The position numbers and the translations under genes were made by a program. This document shows, piece by piece, positions 1 through 12,239 of a stretch of DNA of 64,000 nt. The stretch's first letter is position 1; each line of letters begins with the position of its first letter. The DNA comes from Octopus vulgaris. Taxonomy: Eukaryota. The stretch is from positions 42,718,001 to 42,782,000 of the forward strand of contig OX597820.1 in NCBI GenBank assembly GCA_951406725.2. The letters are read 5' to 3'. Under the pieces are notes generated by a model. The model saw only the letters and a list, made by a program, of their open reading frames with translations, made no database searches and had not been told where the DNA came from.

Positions 1-896
1 AGCTAAAAATCTGTTGCGAAAAATTTGCTCTTAATGATGATATCGTATGTGGCACAAATATTTATCTTAAGTGATAAGGTTTCAGAAAATAAGATTAACA
101 CAGTAAAGAGAAATGTGTCATATTCCGTGTATTATTATATTTTGCATCCACGTAATCGCTGCAAACAGAATGAATCAGATCCATTTTAGAAAATATGTAG
201 GCGAAAAGGCATATGTCATGTCTTTCATTTGGGTGACTTAGTTCTTTGTTCAATTGTATGATAGAATTTCGTAAAAGATATTACCAGAAGATGTAGTGGA
301 GTCGAAATCTTGAAGGTGGTACTATAATTTAGTCGCCGTTTTATGATTTAAATACACCAGATAACATGTTTTGCCTGAGTTTGAAAATAGACCAGTAACT
401 AATATTTCAAAGCAAAAAAAACCCACTAATGTTGATTATGTGTTAGAAGAGCCCAAAACAGACACTTTAAATCATCTTCAAATTCGTTACGACTGCTGCA
501 AGGTAACACTACATTGTGACCAATCAACTACATTCATCGCCTAGAAATGCCTCGTATTCCACATTCTATTAGAAAACTGAAGTTAATATTTAGCTGAACG
601 ACAGAATAACAGGGCAGATACATTAATATATTTGGTTTCATTTCACTTAATGGAATAAAATTGTTATAGGACAACGACCATTTTTGTACGCCAAATTCAA
701 GCAGGTTAAAGCAGGTTATAGCAGGCTGAAATATTTTCATACATAAAAAGTCGATATTAATCCAACTAGATATCTACCTGGTGGTTTTATCAGCAAGAGA
801 TTGTAGCAAAATTTTCCTCAAATCAAACATCGAAGCTTTGCAAACACGGACAACACGTCTGATAAGTTAGATCTATTTATCTGTCCATTGGCCTGT

Positions 897-1380
<484 letters not shown>

Positions 1381-2401
1381 CAGTTTTCTGTGAATCAATT
1401 TCGATAAAACTTTTCCCAGCTGGTTTGCACACTATCTGACAACACAATTGTTATATTATCATTATTCTGTGTAACGTCTTTTCTTTTTTTATTCATAATT
1501 CTTCAGTTTATGGATGAACCACGCTAATAGCTTCTCTTCTCCCTAAGAATTATAGGATGAGGAAAATGCTTTAACGATCATGAAAATCTGTCATCATCAA
1601 GGAAAGTGCGAAAGACACCTCTCTTAATGTCATTGCAGAGAAGTTAGGTAGTCATGTGGACACAGTTAGGCGATTCTAGAAGGACCCTTCACCAAAGAAG
1701 AAACGACCTGATTGCGGAATCACCAAGACTATGACAGCTAGGAATTTAAGGAATACTGGTCGCAAGTTATGTGAGATAACTGGACAAACACGCAAAGCCA
1801 TTTTCACCGCCTCCAGACTTTCTCATGCACCGTAAACCACCAGAAATCCCGTCCTCGGGACCATGGCTTCCGTGCAAGAACCCTTGAAACTGTTTCCTTT
1901 AATGCTCCGTAATAGGAGTTTGAGGCTTCAATAGGTCCAAAAGTACATGATGTTAGGCATGATTGTGTTCTGTTCACTGACGAAACCAGGACCTGATGGG
2001 AAAATGATTGGATCTATTTTGGAGCTGAGAGTCACATACGTTTACGACGTCAACAACAGGGTAGAGGAGTTATGTTGTGGGCTGGTATCATTGGGGACAG
2101 ATTTGTTGGCCTAGTAAGGGTACCTCAAGTGGTTACAGTGACCTACTACTGTTATAAAATTGACAGATACCCTAACTAATTGGTTATTAAACGTTTAATA
2201 TATATAATTACCCTTCCTTTCTGAAAAAAATGTCTAGATGGACTATTTTCATTGAAAATCTAATAGCCTGGTGCACGCAAAAACTGAAGAATCTGGAATA
2301 AATAAAGAACGTTACACAGTATAACGAAAGCAGCAATGGTGTGGTCACAGTGTGCAAACAAGCTGGGAAAAGTTTTATCAAAATAGATTCACAGAAAACT
2401 G
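1381..2401 (+). mobile_element. Decayed, internally deleted Tc1-family DNA transposon
   Basis: ~55 bp inverted repeats: 1381-1435 CAGTTTTCTGTGAATC...TTTGCACACT versus 2347-2401. Broken transposase with HTH-like IAEKLGSHVDTVRRF, VLFTDETR (~1967) and VMLWAGI (~2068). Confidence 0.85.
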
Positions 2402-2449
2402 AGAAATCCTAAATTTCACCCCTAAGCTATATGCGTAGTTCTGAGTGTG

Positions 2450-2520
<71 letters not shown>

Positions 2521-2611
2521 TGTATGTATGTATGTATGTATGTGTGTGTGTGTGTGTGTGCATATGTGTGTGAGTGTGCGTATGTGTGCACATATACATA
2601 TATATATAATT

Positions 2612-2815
2612 ATGTGATGGCGTGTATATCGCTGGTGATTTTCTTTCTCCGTCTTCCCTTTGGACTGTTTCTAAATTTCTGATGAAGCGCTCCGCTCGAA
2701 ACGTGAAATCGTCTTTCTTTTCTTTTCTTTCCTGAGCGTCCAATAACGCAGTACTTGTTCAAGGTCCTCGCGTTGTTGTTGTTTTTTTGCTTGTTCTTGT
2801 TTGGGTTGACAATAT
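2612..2815 (+). mobile_element. Short repeat family A carrying a hammerhead-like core (PLE pLTR or retrozyme-like)
   Basis: Homologous copy on the minus strand at ~24035-24202 and a related copy at ~50765-50995. Shared CTGAGCG..AATA segment and hammerhead core. Confidence 0.7.
2675..2709 (+). ncRNA. Minimal type I hammerhead ribozyme motif (probably inactive copy)
   Basis: ATTT-CTGATGA-A-GCGC-tcc-GCTC-GAAAC-GT-G-AAAT. Stem I is ATTT/AAAT, stem II has one mismatch, and position 17 is G. Confidence 0.65.
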
Positions 2816-2859
2816 AGATACATATAGATAAAAAGATGAATAAGCATAATATAAACACA

Positions 2860-3012
2860 GTCGCATGCGTGGCTGTATGATAAGAAGCTTACTTCTCAAC
2901 AACATGCTTCCGGGTTCAGTTCCACTGCGTGACACCTTGGGCAAGTGTCTTCTACTGTAGTTTCGGGCCATGTGAGTGGGCTTGCGAGTTGGAGACTGAA
3001 AGAGCGTCTGTC

Positions 3013-3052
<40 letters not shown>

Positions 3053-3285
3053 TGTATATATATACATATGTTTGTGTTTATGTGTCTGTGTTTCTCCCCT
3101 ACGCATCCTTCACTCGACAAGTTATGTTGGTGTGTTTACGTCCCGTTAACTTAGTGGTTCGGCTGAGAGGACCGATAAAGTAAGTACCAGGCTAACAGAG
3201 AATAAGTCCAGAGGTTGGTTCCTTCGACTAAAAGACGGTGCTCCAGCATGGTCATTATTACATGACTGAAACAAATAAAAGAATA
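2860..3285 (+). mobile_element. tRNA-derived SINE family 1 with central microsatellite
   Basis: B-box-like GGTTCAGTTCC, then CACTGCGTGACACCTTGGGCAAGTG, a central (TA)n, and tail CAGCATGG..ATGACTGAAACAA. Several other copies occur in the window. Confidence 0.85.
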
Positions 3286-3299
3286 TATATATATATATG

Positions 3300-3344
<45 letters not shown>

Positions 3345-3454
3345 GTGTGTGTGTGCGCGTATGCATATCACTCTGTCGGCCCAGCAATCGGATGTTGTTA
3401 TTTATTATGCATCACTGGTTATATGTTATGCATCGTTTTAGCTTTTGACTGATG

Positions 3455-3615
3455 CCATCCGGCTGGACAGGTGAGAAGGCCAACATTCTCTATGATAGGC
3501 TACTCCATCGCAGTGTTGCCCATTTACAGCCGAGTGGACTGGTATAACATGGAATGAAATGTTTTACTGAAGAACACAACGCACCACCCTGTCCAGAAGT
3601 CAAGCCCACGATCTA
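3455..3615 (-). mobile_element. Degenerate SINE family 3 fragment
   Basis: CAGCCGAGTGGACTGG..AACATGGAATGAAATGTTTT..AAGAACACAACGC matches 27928-27985. Confidence 0.65.
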
Positions 3616-4054
3616 TTGAATGTATATGCAATATGCCTTTGCACACACACGCACACACATCCACACACACTCACACACACACATACACACGCATACAAAC
3701 ACACATTGTTTACTTTTCCGTTAAGGTAAGATCAACAAGAAAAGTATTCTATCCGGTGAGGCGTAGATATTGTTCAATGTACACGCTATATAGGTATGAG
3801 CTATCAATAGTTTTATTCATTGGAGACGTTTTCTCGGCAGATTTTAGTAATGCGCCTAGTATCTCCAATTCTGAAGACGACTTGATGACACTAAGCATGT
3901 TATCAAAATGTGCCTAAGCAACATCTCCAATGTATGAAACTATCAGTACCTCAAAAGTACAATCTGTGTGCATTAAACAGCATACAGCATGGCCGCATGC
4001 AAATGACTGAAACAAATAGAAGAAATAATGTAAGTGTATGTGTGTGGGCGGGTG

Positions 4055-4088
<34 letters not shown>

Positions 4089-5070
4089 CATACATATACA
4101 CACGTGTGGTGGGTGAATAAAAGAAATGGGCGGCATGCATTTGACCATTGATCTCTTCGATTAAGATTGACTTAGAAATAAAGCAAAACAAAAGAATCAA
4201 TAAAAAAATTAACGTCTCTACTTATTTGGGTGGAGTCTGTCACTAGAATAATCATAATGTTTCTACAGAACAAAAAATAATCTAAGAATGAAATATTTGT
4301 GACGGGAAAATTGTTAGATGTCTTGCATTTCTTTCATATCAAGCTCAGAGAATAATGTAATACAATCTCATATTCAGTACTGAAAATCTATTTACTGTTA
4401 AATAATCGGGCTTGAACTGACCCCCTTTACTCTTAATTGAATTAAGGTCAAATAATTAAAATTTTAAAATAAAAGACATTATAGTTATTAAAATTGAAGC
4501 AAAAAAATTAGAACTCTTCCTCCGTCACATTAACAACTTACTTGTAATCAAATTTTATGCTTTAAGTGGGTGATTACATTTTAGATAGGAAATTATAAAT
4601 GGGCTCACTTTAAAAATTTTCTTAATATACTTAAGAAATTCTTGTATCATCAAATCGCAATACGGAGAGAAATTAATGAAGTAATATGAAATGTGATGTC
4701 TCGCCTAATTTCCTCTACGAATTTATATTCTCTACAAATTTCAGTAATGTTTTAATATTCGTTTTATAGCGACCACACCCTACTGTCCTCTGTTCTGTGG
4801 ACCTAATGGTGTCTACTGTTTATTATCGCATTCCATATCACATACGCATACATGCACAAGCACGTATGTATGAGTTCATACACAATGTGTACACAGGTAC
4901 GCAATCAGTTTTGCACACACACACACACTCACACACACACATACATATTCAGAGACAGATATTCATTTCCTATATATATATATGTATATATATGTGTGTG
5001 TATACATATAAATATATATATATATATATATATACATGCATACTCACACGCACACACAGACACATATATA

Positions 5071-5124
<54 letters not shown>

Positions 5125-5914
5125 TGTGTATATATGTATACACACATACATATATATATATATATGCAGATACACGTATATATGTATGTTTAATTATATA
5201 TATATATAAATGTCTACATACATATATTATATACGCATATATATGTTTATATATATTATGTATTTATATGTGTATGTGTATGTTTACACATACGTACATA
5301 CATGTATATACGTATATATATATATTTGCGCGCATGAATGTATGAATGTATGTATGTAATATGCATGGAGAGATAGATAGTGATAGAGATAGAGTGAGAG
5401 ACAGAGATAGAGAAAGAAAAAGAAAGAGGGAGTTAGGTAAGTTTATAGTTTGGATAAATAATTACCAACATTATCGATACTTTCACTCCGAAATAAACGG
5501 GTAGAAAATAATCGATGCTGTTCTATCATGTATTTTAATGAAATTCCAGCTTGTGGAAAAAATTATAAGATTGTATGTGAATACTCCGATAGTTCACATA
5601 ATAAGTATTGATTCTGGATGCAAGAAAATATCTAAGCACACTCAGATTTATTTTATAAAGAGACATCGATGATTTGATCAAAGAGAATTCAAATTCTTGC
5701 GCTGAGCTATGAACACTGCGGAATGAAAGAATGTCTCAACTGATATAATTTGTTTAAAGAAAGTATAAATTTAGTTTTTGATGTCAGTGCGATTGGTTGG
5801 TGCAATTGTTTGAAACAATACGTGATCTGAAAAATGCTTGTTGAACATATCTTGTCATCTGTCGTTTGATTATGACCCGGCACTTCATGAGTACAAACAA
5901 TGAAGGAGAGGAAA

Positions 5915-6185
5915 GAAAAATAACAACAATAATAATATTAATGATAATAAAAGATAGGGATAATTTCATCACCATCCTCCTCCTCCTCCTCATCATCATC
6001 ATCATCATCATCATCATCACCATCATCCTCATCGCCACCGTCCTCATCATTGATGTCATGTCGTCGTCGTGAGCGGTGGCGGCGGCAGTGGTTGCAGCGA
6101 TCATCGTCAGCGTTGTCTTCGTTGTCGTTGTCTTCGTCGCCGCCGCCGCAGCCGTCGTCGTCGTCGTCTTCGTCGCTGTTATCTT
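5915..6185. repeat. Mixed trinucleotide low-complexity tract (AAT/CAT/CCT/CGT/GCC)
   Basis: Direct inspection. Confidence 0.85.
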
Positions 6186-6722
6186 CTTCACAACCGCAAC
6201 TTCGTTAGGGATCGGTAACAAAATGTCAGTTGTCGACGATCAGTGGACTAAAGCAACAGTCTTTTACGAGATCACAAGTACCCTGCAAAGTATTTCTGCA
6301 GTTTTTCTTCACATTCACTCCTTTTAATCAAGTTTGTGAGCTTGATATTTAAATTTCCCAAAGCTCCAACAACAACGACTACAACGTTCATGAATAAACA
6401 CATTCTTTTTATCTTCAAATCCAAATAATAATTTTTGATGAGCTTGTTCTCTTTCCAGTAATTTTGTCATCATCAGGGCAAGCAATGTTAGTGATTAAAC
6501 AGATTTCTTTTCCTTCTTATTCGTAAGCACGTAAATATTTCTTGAAATTTTGACAACGATGCAGATATATAGGTGAGGAGTATCTCTGTCTGAATTAAAT
6601 GCAGTTCTTTAGATGGCAGTAATTTGTCTTTGAAAGACGAAATCAGCCCCTAAGCTCAAAAGAAACAAGAATAAACTAAAGGTAATTGGGAGAGTAAGAT
6701 GGATTTTACCAATACATCGATT

Positions 6723-6780
6723 CATAATAATAATAATAATGATAATAGTAATAATAGTAATAATCGTAGTAGTAGTAGTA

Positions 6781-6867
<87 letters not shown>

Positions 6868-6876
6868 GTAATAGTA

Positions 6877-6947
<71 letters not shown>
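6723..6947. repeat. (AAT)n/(AGT)n microsatellite
   Basis: Direct inspection. Confidence 0.97.
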
Positions 6948-7188
6948 CAGAACCATGTCTCAGAGAATTCCAAAAGATTGTGCTGCCAATTCCCTCCCAC
7001 ATCCTTAGAAAAACACTATCAATTTATATGTTTGTGTTGTATTCGATGAAGATATTTCGCTACTGCCCCTGCCACTTTCCCAACCCAAGCTTTCAGTCAT
7101 ACTGTAACATCTCTTATCCTTCACTCGCCCCAGGACGCTGGATGTGTTTCGGCAAGTAATTGTAACAAACATGCAGATTAAAAGTAAA
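6948..7188 (+). mobile_element. 3' tip of an RLE-type (R4/Dong-like) LINE between two (AAT)n tracts
   Basis: Translates EPCLREFQKIVLPIPSHILRKTLSI, homologous to the C-terminus IQKIALLGTAHILRRTLSI of the next element; followed by a 3' UTR and (AAT)n. Confidence 0.7.
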
Positions 7189-7201
7189 TAATAATAATAA
7201 T

Positions 7202-7261
<60 letters not shown>

Positions 7262-7262
<1 letters not shown>

Positions 7263-8762
7263 TCACACTAGATAAACCCAATGATATAAAAGAATTAGAC
7301 CAAAGCCAAACTTACAAATACTTAGGAATCCATGAACTAGATAAGACACAACACACACAAATGAAAGAGAAAATAAAAAAGAATATTATAGACGAGTTAG
7401 ATCAATACTAAAAACAGAGCTCAATGCTAAAAACAAGATAATAGGTATCAACACTTTAGCTGTCCCAGTTATAAGTTACAGCTACAATATCCTTAACTGG
7501 ACACGAAATGAACTGACCAAAATAGATAGGAAAACAAGAAAAATAATGACAGGATCTAGAATGCATCACCCAAAATCTGACATAGAAAGACTATATATAC
7601 AACGTATAGAAGGTGGTAGAGATCTTATGCAGCTGGATAACTACTATAAAATAACCACCATAAGACTGCAAAAATATCTACTTCAGAAGGAAGGAAAACT
7701 GATGCAAATAGCGGCAAAACACGAGCAAAACAAAAAACTGTTCTCAGTATTTAAGGAAGCTGACAAATACAAACAAGAAATCATACCACCTAATAAACAT
7801 GAAGAAGAAGAAGAAGAAGATGAAGAAACAACAAAAGCTATAAAACAAATGAAATCCAAACTAAAAATAGAACAGCAACGTACCATGATAAAACGATGGC
7901 AAGAAAAGCCCCTTCATGGTAAATACTGGACTAAACTAAACGCAAAAGAAATAGACAAATAAAAATCCCAGCAATGGTTAAGAAGCTCAGGACTCAAAGC
8001 AGAAACAGAAGGATTTTTAATTGCTGCACAAGACCAAAGCCTCCCCACCAGAAATTACCAAAAACATGTAATGAAAAGAAATATTACAAGTAACTGCAGA
8101 ATATGTGGAGATGGACAAGAAACAATAAATCATATTATCTCTAGCTGCCCAGTCCTGGCTAAGAAGAAATATATTCACAGACATGACAGAGTTGGAACCT
8201 ACATACATTGGAAGCTATGCCAACATTATGGAATAACAACAGAAAAAAGATGGTATAGGCACACACCAGAAAATGTCACAGAAAACGAGAAAGCAACCAT
8301 ACTCTGGGATATGCCGATACACACAGATAGAGAAATTAAGGCCAACAGACCAGATATAGTTGTCAGAGATCATGAAGAAAAAAATGCTTTCTAATTGATG
8401 TATCAATACCGGCAGATGACAACGTGTCTCTAAAAGAAATGGAGAAACTCTCAAAATACAAAGACCTGGAAATAGAGGTAAATAGGATGTGAAATCTGAA
8501 AACAGAAACAATTCCTATCATAGTAGGTGCATTAGGCATGATAAAAAAATATTCAGACAAATACATAACAAAAACACCAGGACTTACAAACACATATAAA
8601 CATACAGAAAATTGCACTACTAGGCACTGCACACATCCTACGCAGAACACTTTCCATACAATAACCATCAGAGCATCACAACAAATCACAGCACATACCC
8701 AAGGCACACAGAGCTGCGCTCGGTAGTGAAGTGAAAGCACGCTATAAAAATAAAACTACTGA
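7262..8762 (+). mobile_element. 5'-truncated RLE-type non-LTR retrotransposon (R4/Dong-like) in (AAT)n
   Basis: YKYLG (~7313), thumb LYIQRIEGGR, CCHC motif CRICGDGQETINHIISSC, RHD, NRPDIVV and LIDVSI restriction-like endonuclease motifs. Few stops or frameshifts. (AAT)n on both sides. Confidence 0.93.
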
Positions 8763-9547
8763 ATAATAATAATAACAATAATAATAATAACAATCATAAT
8801 AATAACGTTGGTCACACACATCGATCTTGACGTATGAGCGTTTGTAAGAAAGGATTAACATAAGAAGTTTTAAAAATATAAGAAGCTGCATATATTTGCG
8901 ATTGATACATAAATGTAATTTGAGTCCAGGTGTGGATTTTGCTATGAAGTCACCATGGGGTAAATGATGATTTTGACTTTACCTGGGAGCGAACATATGT
9001 GTCTGTTGATTGCAGGATATAGTTATTTTATTGTTCTGTTTCTTCAACTCAAATTGTTTAGATGCATCATGACACATTTTACGCCACTCAGATCAAGCTA
9101 GGCAATAACCTACCTCGAAATGTTAAATTAAGCTCTAGGGATTATAGTGATTGTTACCACTTATGCTTACACCTAAAGATGGGTCTTCCTTTACTGCGGA
9201 ATCCATCTACTTGATGGCCATACAAAAGAATTTTCAGAATGTGAACATCTTGCATTTAAACATGTTCTGCCTATCTGCACTGAATTCCCAACAGCTTGCT
9301 TTCTGTACTGGAGATATCACACTTTTCTAAAATGTTGACATTTAACATCTTATCTTGCCATTTTATGTTGCAGATATTGAGCAAATAACGCATGTGAAAA
9401 TTTTCAAGTTTCTTTAGATATCTAGTAAGGAATCCATGATTCTACCCAATACACGTGTCTGCTCAAAATACAAGGTTTGTATGCACTTATTCTGATTTTC
9501 AAACTGACTCCGTGTTCATCCCACGAACAATGGGAAAGTTTTCCAAA

Positions 9548-9637
9548 AGCGCATGTAGTCTTCGATATTCTTATATAGATTACGTCGTCAACAGCGCATG
9601 TAGTCTTCGATATTCTTATATAGATTACGTCGTCAAC
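9548..9637. repeat. Perfect 45 bp tandem duplication
   Basis: AGCGCATGTAGTCTTCGATATTCTTATATAGATTACGTCGTCAAC occurs twice. Confidence 0.95.
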
Positions 9638-9984
9638 AGTACTCTTAAAGTATACTGTACTTCCAAGATATTTAAATAACCTGCCCTATTTGACTGGACT
9701 ATTGTCAATCCTCACTTTTAAGTCTTGATTATGTACTGTCCCGGGCTTTAGGTGGAATATAACGTCACTTTTCTGAATAACGGTAGACAGCCCAAATATC
9801 AAATATTTCCTGAATTCCTTCAAATGTATGAGAAATCAAAGTGCAGCCATCAGTGAACAGAAAAATCGCGGGGTATCTCGTCCTCGGTACTTTTCTTTGG
9901 TCTGATACTTTGCTTCATTTATGAAAAGGTAATGGACGAAAAGGACAGGTAAGGTGTTAGAGCACCGAAGGCTGGAAATAGAAA

Positions 9985-10325
9985 CCTTTAGGAGGGAGAA
10001 GGAAGAATTCCTGATAATCGACGTGGTAGTGCCAGGAAATCAACATATTATCATGAAAGACAGAAAAGATTGGTAAATATGGTGACCTAAGAATTGGGAT
10101 CGCTAAGATGTGGCAGCTTCTAGAGTCAAGCATAAAGGTTGTCCCTATTGTCATTGAAGCATTGGGTTCAATACCAACCAGCCCGTAAAAAACATCTGGA
10201 AACTTTAGAAATACCCTACAATCCAGATGTATTGCAAGCATCGGCATATTGTGTAAAGTACTGTCTGTCTGAGGTCCTTGTTTTGACTTGACAGACAGTA
10301 CAAAAACCCCTTGTACACAATATCT
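9985..10325 (+). mobile_element. 3' fragment of another RLE-type LINE ending in (AAT)n
   Basis: FLIIDVVVPG and KYGDLRIGIAKMW..KVVPIVIEALGSIP endonuclease C-terminal motifs, frameshifted. Confidence 0.8.
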
Positions 10326-10333
10326 TAATAATA

Positions 10334-10389
<56 letters not shown>

Positions 10390-11331
10390 CATCATCATCA
10401 TTGTTCGACCGTGGTCGAGACAATGGAATTTACCATGTTGCGCCAGACTTCACGGTCCATCATAGCATTACGAAGGTCCTGTTGCTGGATGCCTGTATCC
10501 CTGGAGATTACATCAGGGTAGGAGAGTGTGCGCCCTCTGGTGTTGCGAGTAGATGGCTTCCAGAGGAGAAGAGTAGAAATTACTTCTTTTTCAGCTCTAC
10601 AACAATGTCCAGCAAACTGGACTCTCCTACCTTTCACAAGAGATGACACAGGTGGTAATTTCCCATATATTTGCATTTTAGTTGGATGGCGCCTCCACGA
10701 GAGATTTTGAGCTCTCATAAGGAGGCGAGTGTAGGTTCCATCCAACCGCCTCTCAAGCTTCTTTGATAACGTCCAGGTTTCTGAGCCATATAGTAGGATT
10801 GGTTCGACTGTGGCTTTGAATATTTCAAGTTTGAAGTCTCTACTTAGATTTGATGACCAGATCTTATGCATGTCATTACAGGCTGACCAGGCCATACCCT
10901 TTCTAGTTAGAAAGTCTTTTCCAGATGATATGTATGACCCAAGATATTTATAATCAGAAACCATATTTAAAGGTGCACTGTTGAGTGTGTGGATGATGCA
11001 ATCCCTGTTGGACAGGCACTTGTTTATGTATTCAGTTTTGGTCTCATTGAGGTAAAGACCTACACAGTTTGAGGCTTGTTCAAGAGATTGTAAAAGAGAC
11101 TGGGCATTGGAGAGAGAATCACTGATAAGAGCGATGTCGTCAGCAAAGTCAGTGTCTGTCAAGTACTCAGCTGGGTGTCTGGAACTTCTTCTTGGTTTTA
11201 TTTCAAAGCCCTTGCCAGAGATGGTATCAACTGACATACGCAGCACATAATCAACAACAATGATGAAAAGAAATGGGGCGAGTGTGTCTCCCTGCAGTAT
11301 TCCGGCCTCGATCGAGAAAGATGATGTTTCC
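10390..11331 (-). mobile_element. RTE-clade LINE 3' part (reverse transcriptase), uninterrupted frame
   Basis: ORF 10398-11357 contains GILQGDTLAPFLF, DFADDIALI, YKYLGS, LLYGSETW and FAGHCCR. A (TGA)n tail runs into (AAT)n. Confidence 0.93.
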
Positions 11332-11804
11332 AATGTGTGTAGTAGTGGCGCGCGCACACATTATTAGCCATTTGAAAAGACTATGGAATTTACAATTAAC
11401 TGCACCAGGGTTCCTCTTCCCCAGGGAACCAGACCTAATGGTATACCTGCGGATGTAGGTCCAGCCCCTGCTTTGCCGGGTCCTGTCTCTGATCATGTTG
11501 CACCTCCAAGGGCATCCATTGACGGTGATGCCCTCAATCTTAACAGACGGGTATCACCTGATGGAGAAGAGTCAGCCCCCAACCAAACAACACCAAACAA
11601 ACACCTCATCAGCTGTAAAAATCATACGATACTCAGCACCCTCAATGCCCGCACCCTCGGCTCTCTTGGCCGTCTAGAAGAACTTGGTGCAAATGCAGAA
11701 TCACATGGCATTGATATAATAGCTGTCCAAGAACACCGATTTTACCACCCTGACAACATCCTCAAATACCATCAAGTCGGTTCTTATCAACTTGTAACCT
11801 CCTC
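11332..11804 (+). mobile_element. Inverted 5' part of an RTE LINE (5' region plus APE endonuclease N-terminus)
   Basis: ORF from 11383 has STLNARTL and IDIIAVQEHR (APE motifs) and stops abruptly at (AAT)n at 11805. Confidence 0.85.
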
Positions 11805-11805
11805 A

Positions 11806-11903
<98 letters not shown>

Positions 11904-11980
11904 TAATAATAATAATAGTAATAATAATAATAACAATAATAATAATAACAATAATAATAATAAATAAATAAATAAATAAA
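11805..11980. repeat. (AAT)n microsatellite
   Basis: Direct inspection. Confidence 0.97.
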
Positions 11981-12239
11981 AATTCAAAAAATAATGCTCA
12001 TGCGAACTGCCTTTATCCAACGAAAAATATTGTCTGTGTAATGGAAAACCAAAATATATGGCACCCTAGTCAACGGCAACTCGAACTTCCAACTTGTTCT
12101 TGAAGTCTCTGGATGAAACTTGGCATCATCTTGTGCAAATACAAAACCAAAGCCAAACAAATGATGATGAGGAGGAGGAGGATGATGAGGATGATTTAGA
12201 TGACAAAAAGACGGGCAGTGCTGATATAGGAAGGCAAGA

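Noticed and set aside
1-880. Non-repetitive AT-rich segment
   Set aside because: No recognisable protein motif, TIR or RNA structure.
12160-12235. Acidic DDEEEEDDEDD-like stretch suggesting an exon
   Set aside because: A GAT/GAG trinucleotide tract with no supporting ORF or splice evidence.
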